From NCBI RefSeq assembly GCF_032444005.1, contig NC_091282.1, forward strand, positions 1,202,614,001 through 1,202,678,000: a DNA stretch of 64,000 bases, read 5' to 3'. This DNA comes from Ranitomeya imitator. Taxonomy: Eukaryota. Shown here one piece after another: positions 36,834-47,421 of this stretch; the stretch's first letter is position 1; every line of letters starts with the position of its first letter. The notes under the pieces are model-generated. The model saw only the letters and a program-made list of their open reading frames with translations. It ran no database searches and had not been told where the DNA came from. A program made the position numbers and the translations under genes.

Positions 36834-38558
36834 ATAGCATTACTCCAAAACTAGGCAAGAGATGGCGTTCTATAAGTTATGTTTCTTAAGATAGTAATTT
36901 AAGTGGGTGATGCTGCAGTCCTACTCGCTACCTCAACTAACCCCACTAACAAAATCAGCTCTGCTAGATCTGCATGTGATCCTACGTAAGACAGTAAGCC
37001 ATACTTAATATGTATAGAGCGCCAAGGCATTAGCGTACGTACAGGTCTAGCATCATTCAGCCCCACAGACAGCAAGGAAGATGAAATATGGCTGCAGGAT
37101 GAATAAGTAAACTAATTTCTATCTTCCAGTATTTTCGCCCTGCCGACTTATTATAGTATTAAGAGACAGCGTTGAAATATTACATATAACAAGGTGAGAC
37201 AATTGGGCTCCGGTATCTCGCCATGTACGGTAAGAGAATTTAATTATTTTCCTTCATTTAGATATAGTAGTCATGAACAATCTAGAGGAATATGTTACCA
37301 CCAGTCCTTACAGGCAATTTATTTTAACTCCCCCACCGGTAAAAGAAAAAAAAAAAGATTAAACCGGTACAAATGGCACGTAGGTTCCTGCACCCACATT
37401 CATCATTTCTTTTTTTACATTTTTTTCTTCTTTTTTTTATACAGATAGGACGCTAAGATCGAAAGAAATAACCGGTTGAATCTTTTTTAATGAAAACTGA
37501 TCCATCTACGTAATTTAAGGTGGTTAATGTAAATGTACATTCTCCTGTGTTAAAATAAAATAAAAAAAAAAAAAACAACGCCTCCGTCGTTAGTAGCTTA
37601 AGTGGCCTGTGCTACCATCAGTAACCCTGAAGTATATTCTGCCATATCTTTTTTTTTTTTTTTTTCAATTGCCCACCACAGCTTATATTACAAATACATA
37701 AATCATAATGTTTCAACAAAAGCAAAATTTAATTTTCTCCTTTCAGCCGTTATCTTGGCCGGGTGGTATATGGCATGCTGTGGCCGAGTCATTTATTACA
37801 CCGGATGAATGGATAATGGCAGGAAGAGTCTATTATGGCCAGCTTTGTTAGGGCTTTCAATGTGCTGCGGAAACCTGGGGAAGTCGAGATCTCCTTACAT
37901 CTGTAATAGATACAGGAGTACTCTATTACTTCATACCGCCGCAGAATTAAATACATCGCTCCGGTGTCTCTATAGGTCGCTTTTTTTTTCTACTAAAAAT
38001 TATTATATCAAGAAAAGTAAAGTTGATCGGCACATCCAAAAAATAGCTAAAATCTTCGATTTTATTCCATAAGTATCAAACAATCAAAATCCACATGCTG
38101 ATGATAGAAAAAAAAACACTCCGACGCGTTTCTGACGCTGCGTTTGTCCCTAGTCATAGAGAATTAGTTATAGAGTCATAGAACATTCGCCCATAGCCCA
38201 AAAATGCATCAGGGTGGATTTAAATTGTTTGATACTTATAGAATAAAAATTGAAGATTTTATCTATTTTTTGCTACCTATTTTGTTGTCTATTTTATCTA
38301 TATTTGTAAGATTTTTGCTATTTTTTTTTCCTGACGGTCAGCATTATTTGAAACGGCACCTATTACATACAAAGGACAGATTTGGTCATTCACCGTAAGG
38401 TGAGTGATTTATTCACTCCTCTAAAAAATGATTATACCTACGAAACAACTTAATCGTGGGCAAAAAAAAGAATATATGTATCCATTTTGGTATAAATATG
38501 ACCATTAATTATCATATTTCCAAGCCACTAATTTTTTTTCTATCTCATATTGATCTAA

Positions 38559-39060
38559 TAGTGATGAGTAAATTGGCCGGAATTCGAATTAAACAGATCG
38601 CTCAAAATTGGTCAGGAAATTCAATTTGTGAACTAAATATGCCTAGTTATACTCTGGGGTCTCTCCTGTCCCTGGAGCATAATAAATAGAGGGGTTAAAA
38701 ATAAAAAAATATATATTATACTCACTTCTTCGCCCACCTGTCCAATTGCAGCAGCTCCCCTCCCCGGTGCAGGGCTGGCTGCCTGTGGCACAGGTATCTT
38801 CTAGTCTTCATGGCAGGTGACATGATTTTCTGCATCTTCCTTCAGTTATTTTTGGCAGAGCTTCTTGCGCAGAATAGGCCTTGGGCGAAGCGCCATGACA
38901 TCAGGATGTGACATCATATATCGCCGGAGGCGCTGACTCTTGACAATGCTCGACCCCCAAGCCTTAGTCAGCTCAGGAAGCGCCGGATCAAAGTGAAGTA
39001 AGACACAGAAGATACTGTCTTGTCTAGATTCACTTATCTCCATTATCTATCCATTAGTAC
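38559..39060. mobile_element. hAT-type non-autonomous element, left part
   Basis: Starts TAGTGATGAG, the same TIR start as 54902. Right end not identified. Confidence 0.45.
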
Positions 39061-39849
39061 CGAACCCAAAATTCCAAAAACTTAGGACAGGCAATTTTGT
39101 AAGGGTTTGACCAGCAGATATAACTATTCTGTGGGTGAAAATTGTACCCCTCCTGAAAGCCCCACCTATTCCAAAAGCCAGAGATTCTCACCATTAATCC
39201 TCATTGCATTGACAGAGATAGGATTTGAGTGTGGCCTTGCTCCTCCATGGTGGTCTAGGTTTCTTCCAGCATCTCAGTCAGTCAAGTAGGAAGCGACACA
39301 TGTCGTTGTGGTATGGACCTCAGACCATAATAGACATCTTTTCAAGGCAAACTGTCAGTTTGGACTGACTCTATTTGGACCCAATCAAGCCTACGGGATG
39401 AATGGAGCACATCGGTCCAAAACCAATTTCAGGAGATACACTCATCTGTAGTCAGCAATTATCCAGTAGATAGGTAATGAATGTAGGTTAGGCATACTTG
39501 CCTACCGTCTGAGTACATCTAAAAGGCTCTAGGAAAAAGGAGAAACCTTCTGGACTTCTTCAAGGCTTAGTCTCCTCATTGTTATATAAACCTTCCTCAA
39601 GAAAGCGCTCCCTCGAAATTTTGCTGCATTGCTGAGATGCTGCCTTATCAGAATTAGTGCCAGAGATAGACACATATTAGGGGAATAGGAATGTGAAATC
39701 TTGGCTGTCAAATATTTGAGTATGTCCATTTGTCTATTAATTTGGAATAGTCTCATATGAGGCAGTATACTATAGATCTGTGGGGCCAATACTAAGACCG
39801 ATGACTCAACTCTGAGCCATATTGATTTTAAAGTCCCCAATGTGCTAAC

Positions 39850-40527
39850 ATACAGTTGTGCTCTAAAGTTTACATACCCCGGCAGAATTTTTGCTTTCCT
39901 GTCCTGGGACAGTTACCTGTATGGTGGACAATGCGAGCCTTTTTATAGGGTCTCTATCATGACCCCGGCTCTTCGTGTACTGCTGCACCTTCAGGTGTGT
40001 ATGCCAGCAAATTACATAAAGTCCTTTACCCTCCAGTTCGGGCGTGTTACCTGGAGTACAACACAGCCTCGGGCTCCCGGTGCCCGATTCCTGCGCTTCA
40101 GCTCAGAGGGTGCCCAGTCACAGTTCCCCTCTAAGCCCTTTCCTTATCCTGTGCTTCTTTCCTCAAATGCTCACTATATTACTATATTCCAACCCTTAAG
40201 GTTATCTTCCTGGAGCTGCAGCTCAAACGTGGCTGCATGGCCCCACTCTCTGCTCTTTCACTTCTCTCCTCCACTGTCTGCTACAGACTGTCTTCCTTGG
40301 TCTCCCTGGACCAACTGTCTAACTCCTCCTCCAGACCAAAATACATAAAGTTGGGGAAGCTCACCTTAATCTGGGTTCAGAGCTCCCCCTTCTGACCTGG
40401 ATTCAGAATGTGTTGCATGTAGGTGCATTACCTGGTAAAGGAAATCCTCCTTGCCTCCAAGCATGATATTACCCTCCCTGAAGGGAAGGCAACATCACTG
40501 TAACAACCGGTTACCTGGGGTGTTACA
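39850..40527. mobile_element. Probable LTR remnant
   Basis: Ends GGGGTGTTACA; non-coding. Left end uncertain. Confidence 0.4.
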
Positions 40528-40839
40528 TATACATCCATTTATACATTGCTGGGAGAAAGTGCATATAATTAGTATTACCGCAACTGTAATAACCCTTACT
40601 ATAAAACTTACTCACTATTAATTTTTTTTGTCTGCATAGTTAGTGCCATAAAAAAGCTATAATACAACTTCAATATTGTTGTTTATTGTTCAACCTGCCT
40701 GCTAAAAGTTGGAATAAAAAGTGATCAAAAAGACAAAAGTTCCCTTAAATAGTGACAGGTTTTTTTCTTTTGCACAAATCTAGTCCTCATCATGGTAGAA
40801 AATTGCCAAAAATTATGGCTTTCAGTAAAACTAAAATGT

Positions 40840-41250
40840 CATGGCTCTGTGACCTGTGTAGTGGTCATTGTGTATGATGAGAGAGGAGATGGTGTGTACA
40901 TGCTCAATGATCTGTCCAGTGGTTTTTGTGTGGGAAGAAGGAGGAGATAAGATGTTGTGGACATGCTCTATGATCTGTGCAGTGGTCACTGTACATGGAA
41001 TGGGAGGAGATGAGCTGTGCACATGCTCTGTGACCTGTGCAGTGGTGATTATATAGAAGGAGGGAGGATGGTGTGGACACGCTTTAAGATCTGTGCAGTG
41101 GTCACTGTACAAGGAGTGGAAAGAGATGAGATTTTCACATGCTCTGTGACCTGTGCAGCAGTGATTGTGTAGGAAGGAGAAGGAGATGAGGACATGTTGT
41201 GGACATGTTCTATGATCTGTGCAGGGGTCACAGAACTGGAGGAAATAATA
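40840..41250 (+). repeat. ~60-bp minisatellite (ACATGCTCTGTGACCTGTGCAGTGGTCACTGT...)
   Basis: About 7 degenerate tandem copies. Confidence 0.85.
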
Positions 41251-41375
41251 TGTGAATATCACCTTATGTGAATGATGGATCCTGTTATATATAGTTGTTT
41301 CCTGTCATTTTAACCCTGTAAAATGATAATGAGATGCCAACTGAAAAGTGATTTCTACAGAACAGGAAGGGTCTG

Positions 41376-41840
41376 CCTTATATACAGGATCTACCTATGG
41401 GGGTGCTGCCTTATATACAGGATCTGCCTAAGGGAGGTGTGCTGCCTTACATACAGGATCTGCCTATGGGGGGTGCCGCCTTATGCTACAGGTTGTGCCT
41501 ATGGGGGGGTGCTGCCTTATACTACAGGATCTGCCTATGGGGGGGCTGCCTTATATACAGGATCTGCCTATGGGGCGGTGCTGCCTTATACTACAGGATC
41601 TGCCTATCGGGGTGCTCCTTATACTACAGGATCTGCCTATGGGGGGGCTGCCTTATAAACAGGATCTGCCTATGGGGCGGTGCTGCCTTATACTACAGGA
41701 TCTGCCTATCGGGGTGCTCCTTATACTACAGGATCTGCCTATGGGGTGGGGTGCTGCCTTATACTTCATGATCTGCCTATCCTAATGGGGGGGTGCTGTC
41801 TTATACTACAGGGTCTGCCTATGGGGGTGCTGCCTTGTAT
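41376..41840 (+). repeat. ~35-bp minisatellite (TGCCTTATACTACAGGATCTGCCTATGGGGGG)
   Basis: About 13 tandem copies. Confidence 0.9.
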
Positions 41841-42339
41841 TATATTGAGGACTATCTGGCACATTATACTATATGGAGGTTATCTATGGGGGCCATCATA
41901 CAGTATGGAGATTACAGTGAAGGGGCTATTATACAGTGTTGGAGCCATCAAACAGTTTGGAGGCTACTAAGGGGTCAGTATACTGTGTGGATGGTACTAT
42001 ACAATGAGGGGGCATTATACTGTGTATAAGAGAGCATCATACTGTGTATAGGGGAGCTGTACAGGGGGAGACTCGGGACATTATTAAATTTAAAGTGGGC
42101 GCTTATTGTTATAGGAGAACTCAGGTTACTGTGACTCTCAAAGGGGCACACAGGACATTATTACTTTCTAGGGGGCAAAATGTGGGCTTTGTTTTCTAGG
42201 GCACTTGCACCCGGCACTACTATATTATAGAAGGGTGCTTTAGAACTTAGAGGGTACAGAGAACCACACAGCAGGTGCAGTAATAGGGACACATACGGCA
42301 GCAGCGGCTCAGTATTAGGGTATCAGGTGCAGTAATAGG

Positions 42340-42717
42340 ACTGAAACAACACAGAAAAACGCATCACTCTATATTAAATCGCACACCACTAATAGATAAT
42401 GAAAAAAGGAAAACTTTTATTGATACACAATTAAAAACAGTAAAAATGGCCTAATGCCATGATCCCCACACTGGCCCGCCACAAAAATGCAAATACATAA
42501 GGGCACATATAGTAAGCAAATTACATGGTCAAGCGGATAATATAATACAATACAATGCCACGTGCCCACAAACTAATAAATAGAGCGGCGCAAACAATAC
42601 ATAAGGGTCCCCTAAGGGGAGCAACAGAATCAATCAGTAGCACCAAATAAAGAAACCAAATATGCCCCCATACATAATGATCCAAAAAATAGGGCAAAAA
42701 GAGGACCAAATAAGCTA
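42340..42717 (-). repeat. Inverted 5' copy of the pseudo-LTR (378 bp)
   Basis: Reverse complement of 46966-47343 with about 2 mismatches seen. Confidence 0.95.
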
Positions 42718-42810
42718 GTCACCAGATCTGGCTGCCAACACATCGAGGGAGTATGAATTGGCTGAATAAAGTGGTAGTGAAGACATACCACAAAGCAGCC
42801 CAAATAGTAA

Positions 42811-43254
42811 TATAATTACAGGGAACTTCTGACTACTGTTAAAACCGATATTAAGAACTTAGAGGCTAAATTGAGCGGCTTTGATGAAGTGTCTCAGGTC
42901 CAGCCTTTCAGAGTCAGACTGAAAGATATACTTGATAAATATGACAAGGAAATATTATTAAAAAAACGTTCCAAATTTTTGAGAGATAAGACAGATTTTG
43001 ATAAGAAGGTCGCCTTCTCCTGGACACATCAAGGCAACAGACGTCGAGGCACTAACCAGAGGCAAAGGGGGCATAATATAGAGCGATATTCGCCACCCAC
43101 TGATGGGCACACATCAAGCGATTTTTTGTCATCGGCCGAAAGCGAAATCGACCCAGGACCAGGCGAGGACGCAAGAGGCGACGCAATACGGACCACCAGG
43201 GAGTTCAATTACAAACCACCGCGCCGCAATCCACGGAGATATCAGCGGAAGTGA
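42811..43254 (+). CDS. PLE upstream ORF (helical/basic), probably 5'-truncated
   Basis: Open from 42811 (after TAG TAA) to TGA at 43252-43254; contains KKRSKFLRDKTDF..FSW, resembling PLE N-terminal regions. No ATG start is evident. Confidence 0.65.
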   Translation, partial: YNYRELLTTVKTDIKNLEAKLSGFDEVSQVQPFRVRLKDILDKYDKEILLKKRSKFLRDKTDFDKKVAFSWTHQGNRRRGTNQRQRGHNIERYSPPTDGHTSSDFLSSAESEIDPGPGEDARGDAIRTTREFNYKPPRRNPRRYQRK

Positions 43255-45632
43255 CTCCCCCTAACTTGGCTATTACAAGTGAGTATGACCAAGGAGATGC
43301 TTTACAGATCATTAACCTGTCCAATTATGTTCTGTCCACACATGAGATTTCGGTCCTTTCTAAAGGCCTAACATTTTCACCGGTTCCACAGGTGGATAAA
43401 TTTACTTTAATTAAAGATCTTTTTCTGTTTTGTAGAAAAATTGTTTTACAGGTTCTTCATAATAAATCTCACATTACTCCGTTTTCTGATCAGACTGAAC
43501 AGAGGGTCTTTCAGGACCTCATGGATCTGCTACATGAGGGACAAGAAGATACGGGTAGGTCTAAATTTCCTTATAGAAATAAGTCCCGTATCTCTCCACC
43601 CTTTTCGATTGTACCAGCGGTAAGAATCTTTTTCGAAATGGCCAAGAAAGACATCATGGAGTTGCCTACTAAGATTCCCTTTGCGGATAATCTAACCTCA
43701 CAGGAGAAGCGTGCACTATCTCGCCTAAAGGCCAATAGTGATTTCATCATACGTGAAGCCGATAAAGGCGGCAATATTGTGCTCTGGCCTCATGAGCTAT
43801 ATATTAAAGAAGCGCATAGGCAACTTGATAATCCAAGATCGTATCGCAAACTTCCGTCTGACCCTACAGGTGTTTTCTCAGCTAAGCTTAGAACACTCAT
43901 TGACAAGGCTTTAGATCTGGGTATCATTAATACAGGAGAACGGGACTTCATTTGGGTTAAACATCCCATTACATCTACGTTTTACATGTTACCCAAAGTA
44001 CATAAGAGTATACACTGCCCACCCGGACGCCCCATTGTTTCCAGTATTGGGAGTCTCTGTGAGAAAGCCTGCACTTACGTTTACTTTTTTTTGCAGCCAC
44101 TTGTATTGGAACTTCCGTCATTTGTCAAAGATTCATCCCATTTTATTTCATCCTTACAAGACATTACTCTTGCTCAAGGTGAGATTTTGGTGACTTGTGA
44201 CGTTGAGTCTCTGTATTCAAACATCGACCACGAACATGGCTTGCAAGCAGTGCTTTTCTTTCTTGATTTACAGCAGAATTCCAACAGGTTGCATGACTCT
44301 TTTGTTATTGATCTCCTTGATTTCATTCTCAGACACAATTTTTTTCTTTTCGACAGGAATTTCTATCTGCAAGTCTCCGGCGTCGCGATGGGGGCACGCT
44401 GTGCCCCAGCCCTGGCAAATTTATTCTTAGGGTGGTGGGAGTCTACTGTCGTCTATAAGTCTGCATGGTTTCAATCCAAGGTACGATGTTGGCTTAGATA
44501 CATCGACGACGTGTTCTTCATTTGGACGGGCTCCCTGGATGAGGTTGAGAGCTTTGTCAACTCTCTTAATGATAATTCGTTCAATATCTTCCTTACCTCC
44601 TCGTGTTCTTCCTCTTCAGTGAGCTTCCTGGACCTTAACGTGATGTGCCAGGATGGCGCTCTGTCCACCTGTCTGTATCGGAAGCCCACAGCTACAAACA
44701 ACCTCTTGGAATTTCGGAGTTTTCACCCATCCCATACGAAGAGGGGTATTCCTGTGGGACAATTCCTCAGGACAAGGAGGAACTGTACACGTGATGAGGA
44801 TTTCTATAGGGAAGCACAGGATTTGACCAGGAGGTTTAAAAAGAGGACGTACCCCAAAAAATACATCTCCCAAGCGTATCAAAGAGCTAAGATGCAGTCT
44901 CAAGTCTCCCTTTTGGACTCAAGAAAGAGACCATCGGACAAATCTGTCCGTTTCATCACTGAGTTCACTACACATTGGTCTAAGGTAAGACAGATATTAC
45001 AGGCGCATTGGGGTATTCTCACGACTGATTTGGCAACAGCGCAGGTAGTCAGTGAGCGTCCTATGATAACCGCGAGGAGAGCGCCCAATTTACGCGACAT
45101 CCTCACAAGAAGTCACTATGCAAGGCCTACGGTCAAGCTAAATAGGGGCATTTCGCTAAAAGGATCTTTTCCTTGCGGTGATTGTAATGTTTGCCAATAT
45201 ATGCAGCCTGTGAGGGACAATTTTTGTAATCCCATTGACCGGAGCAAACATATACTTAAGAATTATGTTAACTGCAAGACAACAAATGTCATCTATGCCC
45301 TCATTTGCCCCTGCCCACTTGTATACGTGGGGCAAACGTCCCAGGAGCTGCGCCGACGTATACAAAAACATTTTTCCACAATTAATACCGCAGCAGCCGA
45401 CTCCTGTAAGGGCAAAATTCTCACCACAGTGGCAGCTCACTTTTTATTGTGCCATGCGGGCAAATACTCAGGTACTAGAGTAGTGGGCTTGGAGCGGGTT
45501 TATGGCTCGGGCAGAGGTGGATCGCTTGAAAATAGGCTTTTGCAAGTGGAGGCCCGTTGGATTTTCTCATTGCGATCTACAGCCCCCTCCGGCATTAATG
45601 AAGATCTTCTTTTTATGGGCTTTTTGGGCTAA
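43104..45632 (+). CDS. PLE reverse transcriptase + GIY-YIG endonuclease, intact (open stop-to-stop from 43104)
   Basis: RNRPRTRRGRKRRR basic leader, IINLS, ADKGG, DVESLY, GVAMGARCAP, RYIDD, CGDCNVC, VIYALIC..YVGQT, GINE; no internal stop. Confidence 0.93.
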   Translation, partial: WAHIKRFFVIGRKRNRPRTRRGRKRRRNTDHQGVQLQTTAPQSTEISAEVTPPNLAITSEYDQGDALQIINLSNYVLSTHEISVLSKGLTFSPVPQVDKFTLIKDLFLFCRKIVLQVLHNKSHITPFSDQTEQRVFQDLMDLLHEGQEDTGRSKFPYRNKSRISPPFSIVPAVRIFFEMAKKDIMELPTKIPFADNLTSQEKRALSRLKANSDFIIREADKGGNIVLWPHELYIKEAHRQLDNPRSYRKLPSDPTGVFSAKLRTLIDKALDLGIINTGERDFIWVKHPITSTFYMLPKVHKSIHCPPGRPIVSSIGSLCEKACTYVYFFLQPLVLELPSFVKDSSHFISSLQDITLAQGEILVTCDVESLYSNIDHEHGLQAVLFFLDLQQNSNRLHDSFVIDLLDFILRHNFFLFDRNFYLQVSGVAMGARCAPALANLFLGWWESTVVYKSAWFQSKVRCWLRYIDDVFFIWTGSLDEVESFVNSLNDNSFNIFLTSSCSSSSVSFLDLNVMCQDGALSTCLYRKPTATNNLLEFRSFHPSHTKRGIPVGQFLRTRRNCTRDEDFYREAQDLTRRFKKRTYPKKYISQAYQRAKMQSQVSLLDSRKRPSDKSVRFITEFTTHWSKVRQILQAHWGILTTDLATAQVVSERPMITARRAPNLRDILTRSHYARPTVKLNRGISLKGSFPCGDCNVCQYMQPVRDNFCNPIDRSKHILKNYVNCKTTNVIYALICPCPLVYVGQTSQELRRRIQKHFSTINTAAADSCKGKILTTVAAHFLLCHAGKYSGTRVVGLERVYGSGRGGSLENRLLQVEARWIFSLRSTAPSGINEDLLFMGFLG

Positions 45633-45878
45633 GTTTAACTAGTGACTTTTTTGTTCCAGATGCTTCCATCAGATGTCATTGGGCCTAGTTCCCATTTCCT
45701 CATTGTCCATGGATTGGTTTCTACATCCTTTTTGTACTTGATTTGATATGTCCTTTTTCTTTCTTCCTGTGTCTCTTCCTGTGTGCATGGACCAAGCAAT
45801 CTCCGGGTGACCAGAGAGACATCAATTATCAGCTGATTATACACTCAAGCAAACACTTCGGGCGGACCAAGTCTTATA

Positions 45879-46194
45879 TATTTTCTGATCAAGCTCCATA
45901 CGTTTTCTGATTGGATTGTTATATTATATTTGCTGTATTTATGTTCATAATACATGTTTTGGTCTCTTGGTAGAGCGGTCTGTATGTTATTGTGTATTTT
46001 TTAGACATTTTTGTCCGTTATAGGGTATTGGTTTATTTTCTGATCAAGCTCCATACGTTTTCTGATTGGATTGTTATATTATATTTGCTGTATTTATGTT
46101 CATAATACATGTTTTGGTCTCTTGGTAGAGCGGTCTGTATGTTATTGTGTATTTTTTAGACATTTTTGTCCGTTATAGGGTATTGGTTTATTTT
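45879..46194 (+). repeat. 155-bp near-perfect tandem duplication in the PLE 3' UTR
   Basis: TTTTCTGATCAAGCTCC starts at both 45881 and 46036. Confidence 0.92.
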
Positions 46195-46965
46195 TTCTTT
46201 TGAGTGAGCATTGCCTATAGCATTCAATTCATAGGCTTCATCAAGGGGCTCCTTGGTGTTTGTGAGATTATGTATACCTGTGGGATGGGTTATTTCATTT
46301 CATTTACATCCTATGGTCTAGCCACTGATTCTGGCTATTCCATCTGTGTTCGGTAGCCCTCTTCTTTCGGTGGTTATATCGGTTACCACGTTGCGTTGCT
46401 GTATACATCCTCCCCTTGTAGTATACACTCCCCCTTTTTTGTATTAATTTTGTATTATCTTTGTTTTTCCTTCTCTTTTAGGTTTCATCCATGGCATACT
46501 CCTATGGATGTCTATGTTATGTATATTCCTGCAGGCCCTATATGTTATTTGGCTTGTTTATGTATTATTGATTGTTTGTCATTATGATTATTTGTTTCTG
46601 GTGTTTTTCTTTGTTGTGTGTGCCCTTGTATGGTTTGCTTGTCTAGTCTATGTCCTTTTTTTTGTCGCTCTACTCCATCAGTCCGGTTTGAGTATTTCAT
46701 TTATTCATGCACTTATTTAGCTAGTTAGTTAGTGGTTGTACTCCTCCCTGTCCCCTTGTTCTTTATGCAAGATCCTCTTTTTATTCTAGCGCTGTATATA
46801 CGTATTGTTTCTCATTCTTTATACTTGTACAGCGTTTGACACTTCGTCCTTGCATCCTCGTGTTAGGCTCCCTATAATATCTATAGCGCTGTATGTTCTC
46901 CACACGATGCGCAGCGTCGGAAGTTTCCGGCGCATGCGCATGGTGTAGTGCTGGCAGAGACGTCT

Positions 46966-47343
46966 TAGCTTATTTGGTCCTCTTTTTGCCCTATTTTTTG
47001 GATCATTATGTATGGGGGCATATTTGGTTTCTTTATTTGGTGCTACTGATTGATTCTGTTGCTCCCCTTAGGGGACCCTTATGTATTGTTTGCGCCGCTC
47101 TATTTATTAGTTTGTGGGCACGTGGCATTGTATTGTATTATATTATCCGCTTGACCATGTAATTTGCTTACTATATGTGCCCTTATGTATTTACATTTTT
47201 GTGGCGGGCCAGTGTGGGGATCATGGCATTAGGCCATTTTTACTGTTTTTAATTGTGTATCAATAAAAGTTTTCCTTTTTTCATTATCTATTAGTGGTGT
47301 GCGATTTAATATAGAGTGGTGCGTTTTTCTGTGTTGTTTCAGT
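46966..47343 (+). repeat. 3' pseudo-LTR portion duplicated at the 5' end
   Basis: Inverted match to 42340-42717; contains AATAAA near 47260. Confidence 0.95.
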
Positions 47344-47421
47344 GCATTTATATACCATCTCTTTCGCACCCCTCACATGATTTACATCATTGGTATTGCG
47401 CTGGTTTCTTTTTGCTATATT

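Larger units (their letters stand above)
42340..47421 (+). mobile_element. Penelope-like retroelement (Neptune-type) with inverted 5' pseudo-LTR
   Basis: RT + C-terminal GIY-YIG ORF with a CxxCxxC linker; 378-bp inverted repeats; 78-bp 3' tail; apparent 15-bp TSD AGGTGCAGTAATAGG (42325-42339 / 47422-47436). Confidence 0.93.

Noticed and set aside
41323-42029. Overlapping repetitive ORFs in all three frames
   Set aside because: They are translations of a 35-bp minisatellite that happens to lack stop codons.
43101-43103. Selenocysteine or readthrough at the TGA preceding the PLE RT frame
   Set aside because: The same frame has a TAA at 43053, so readthrough would add only ~15 codons; the TGA at 43252 is not in the RT frame.
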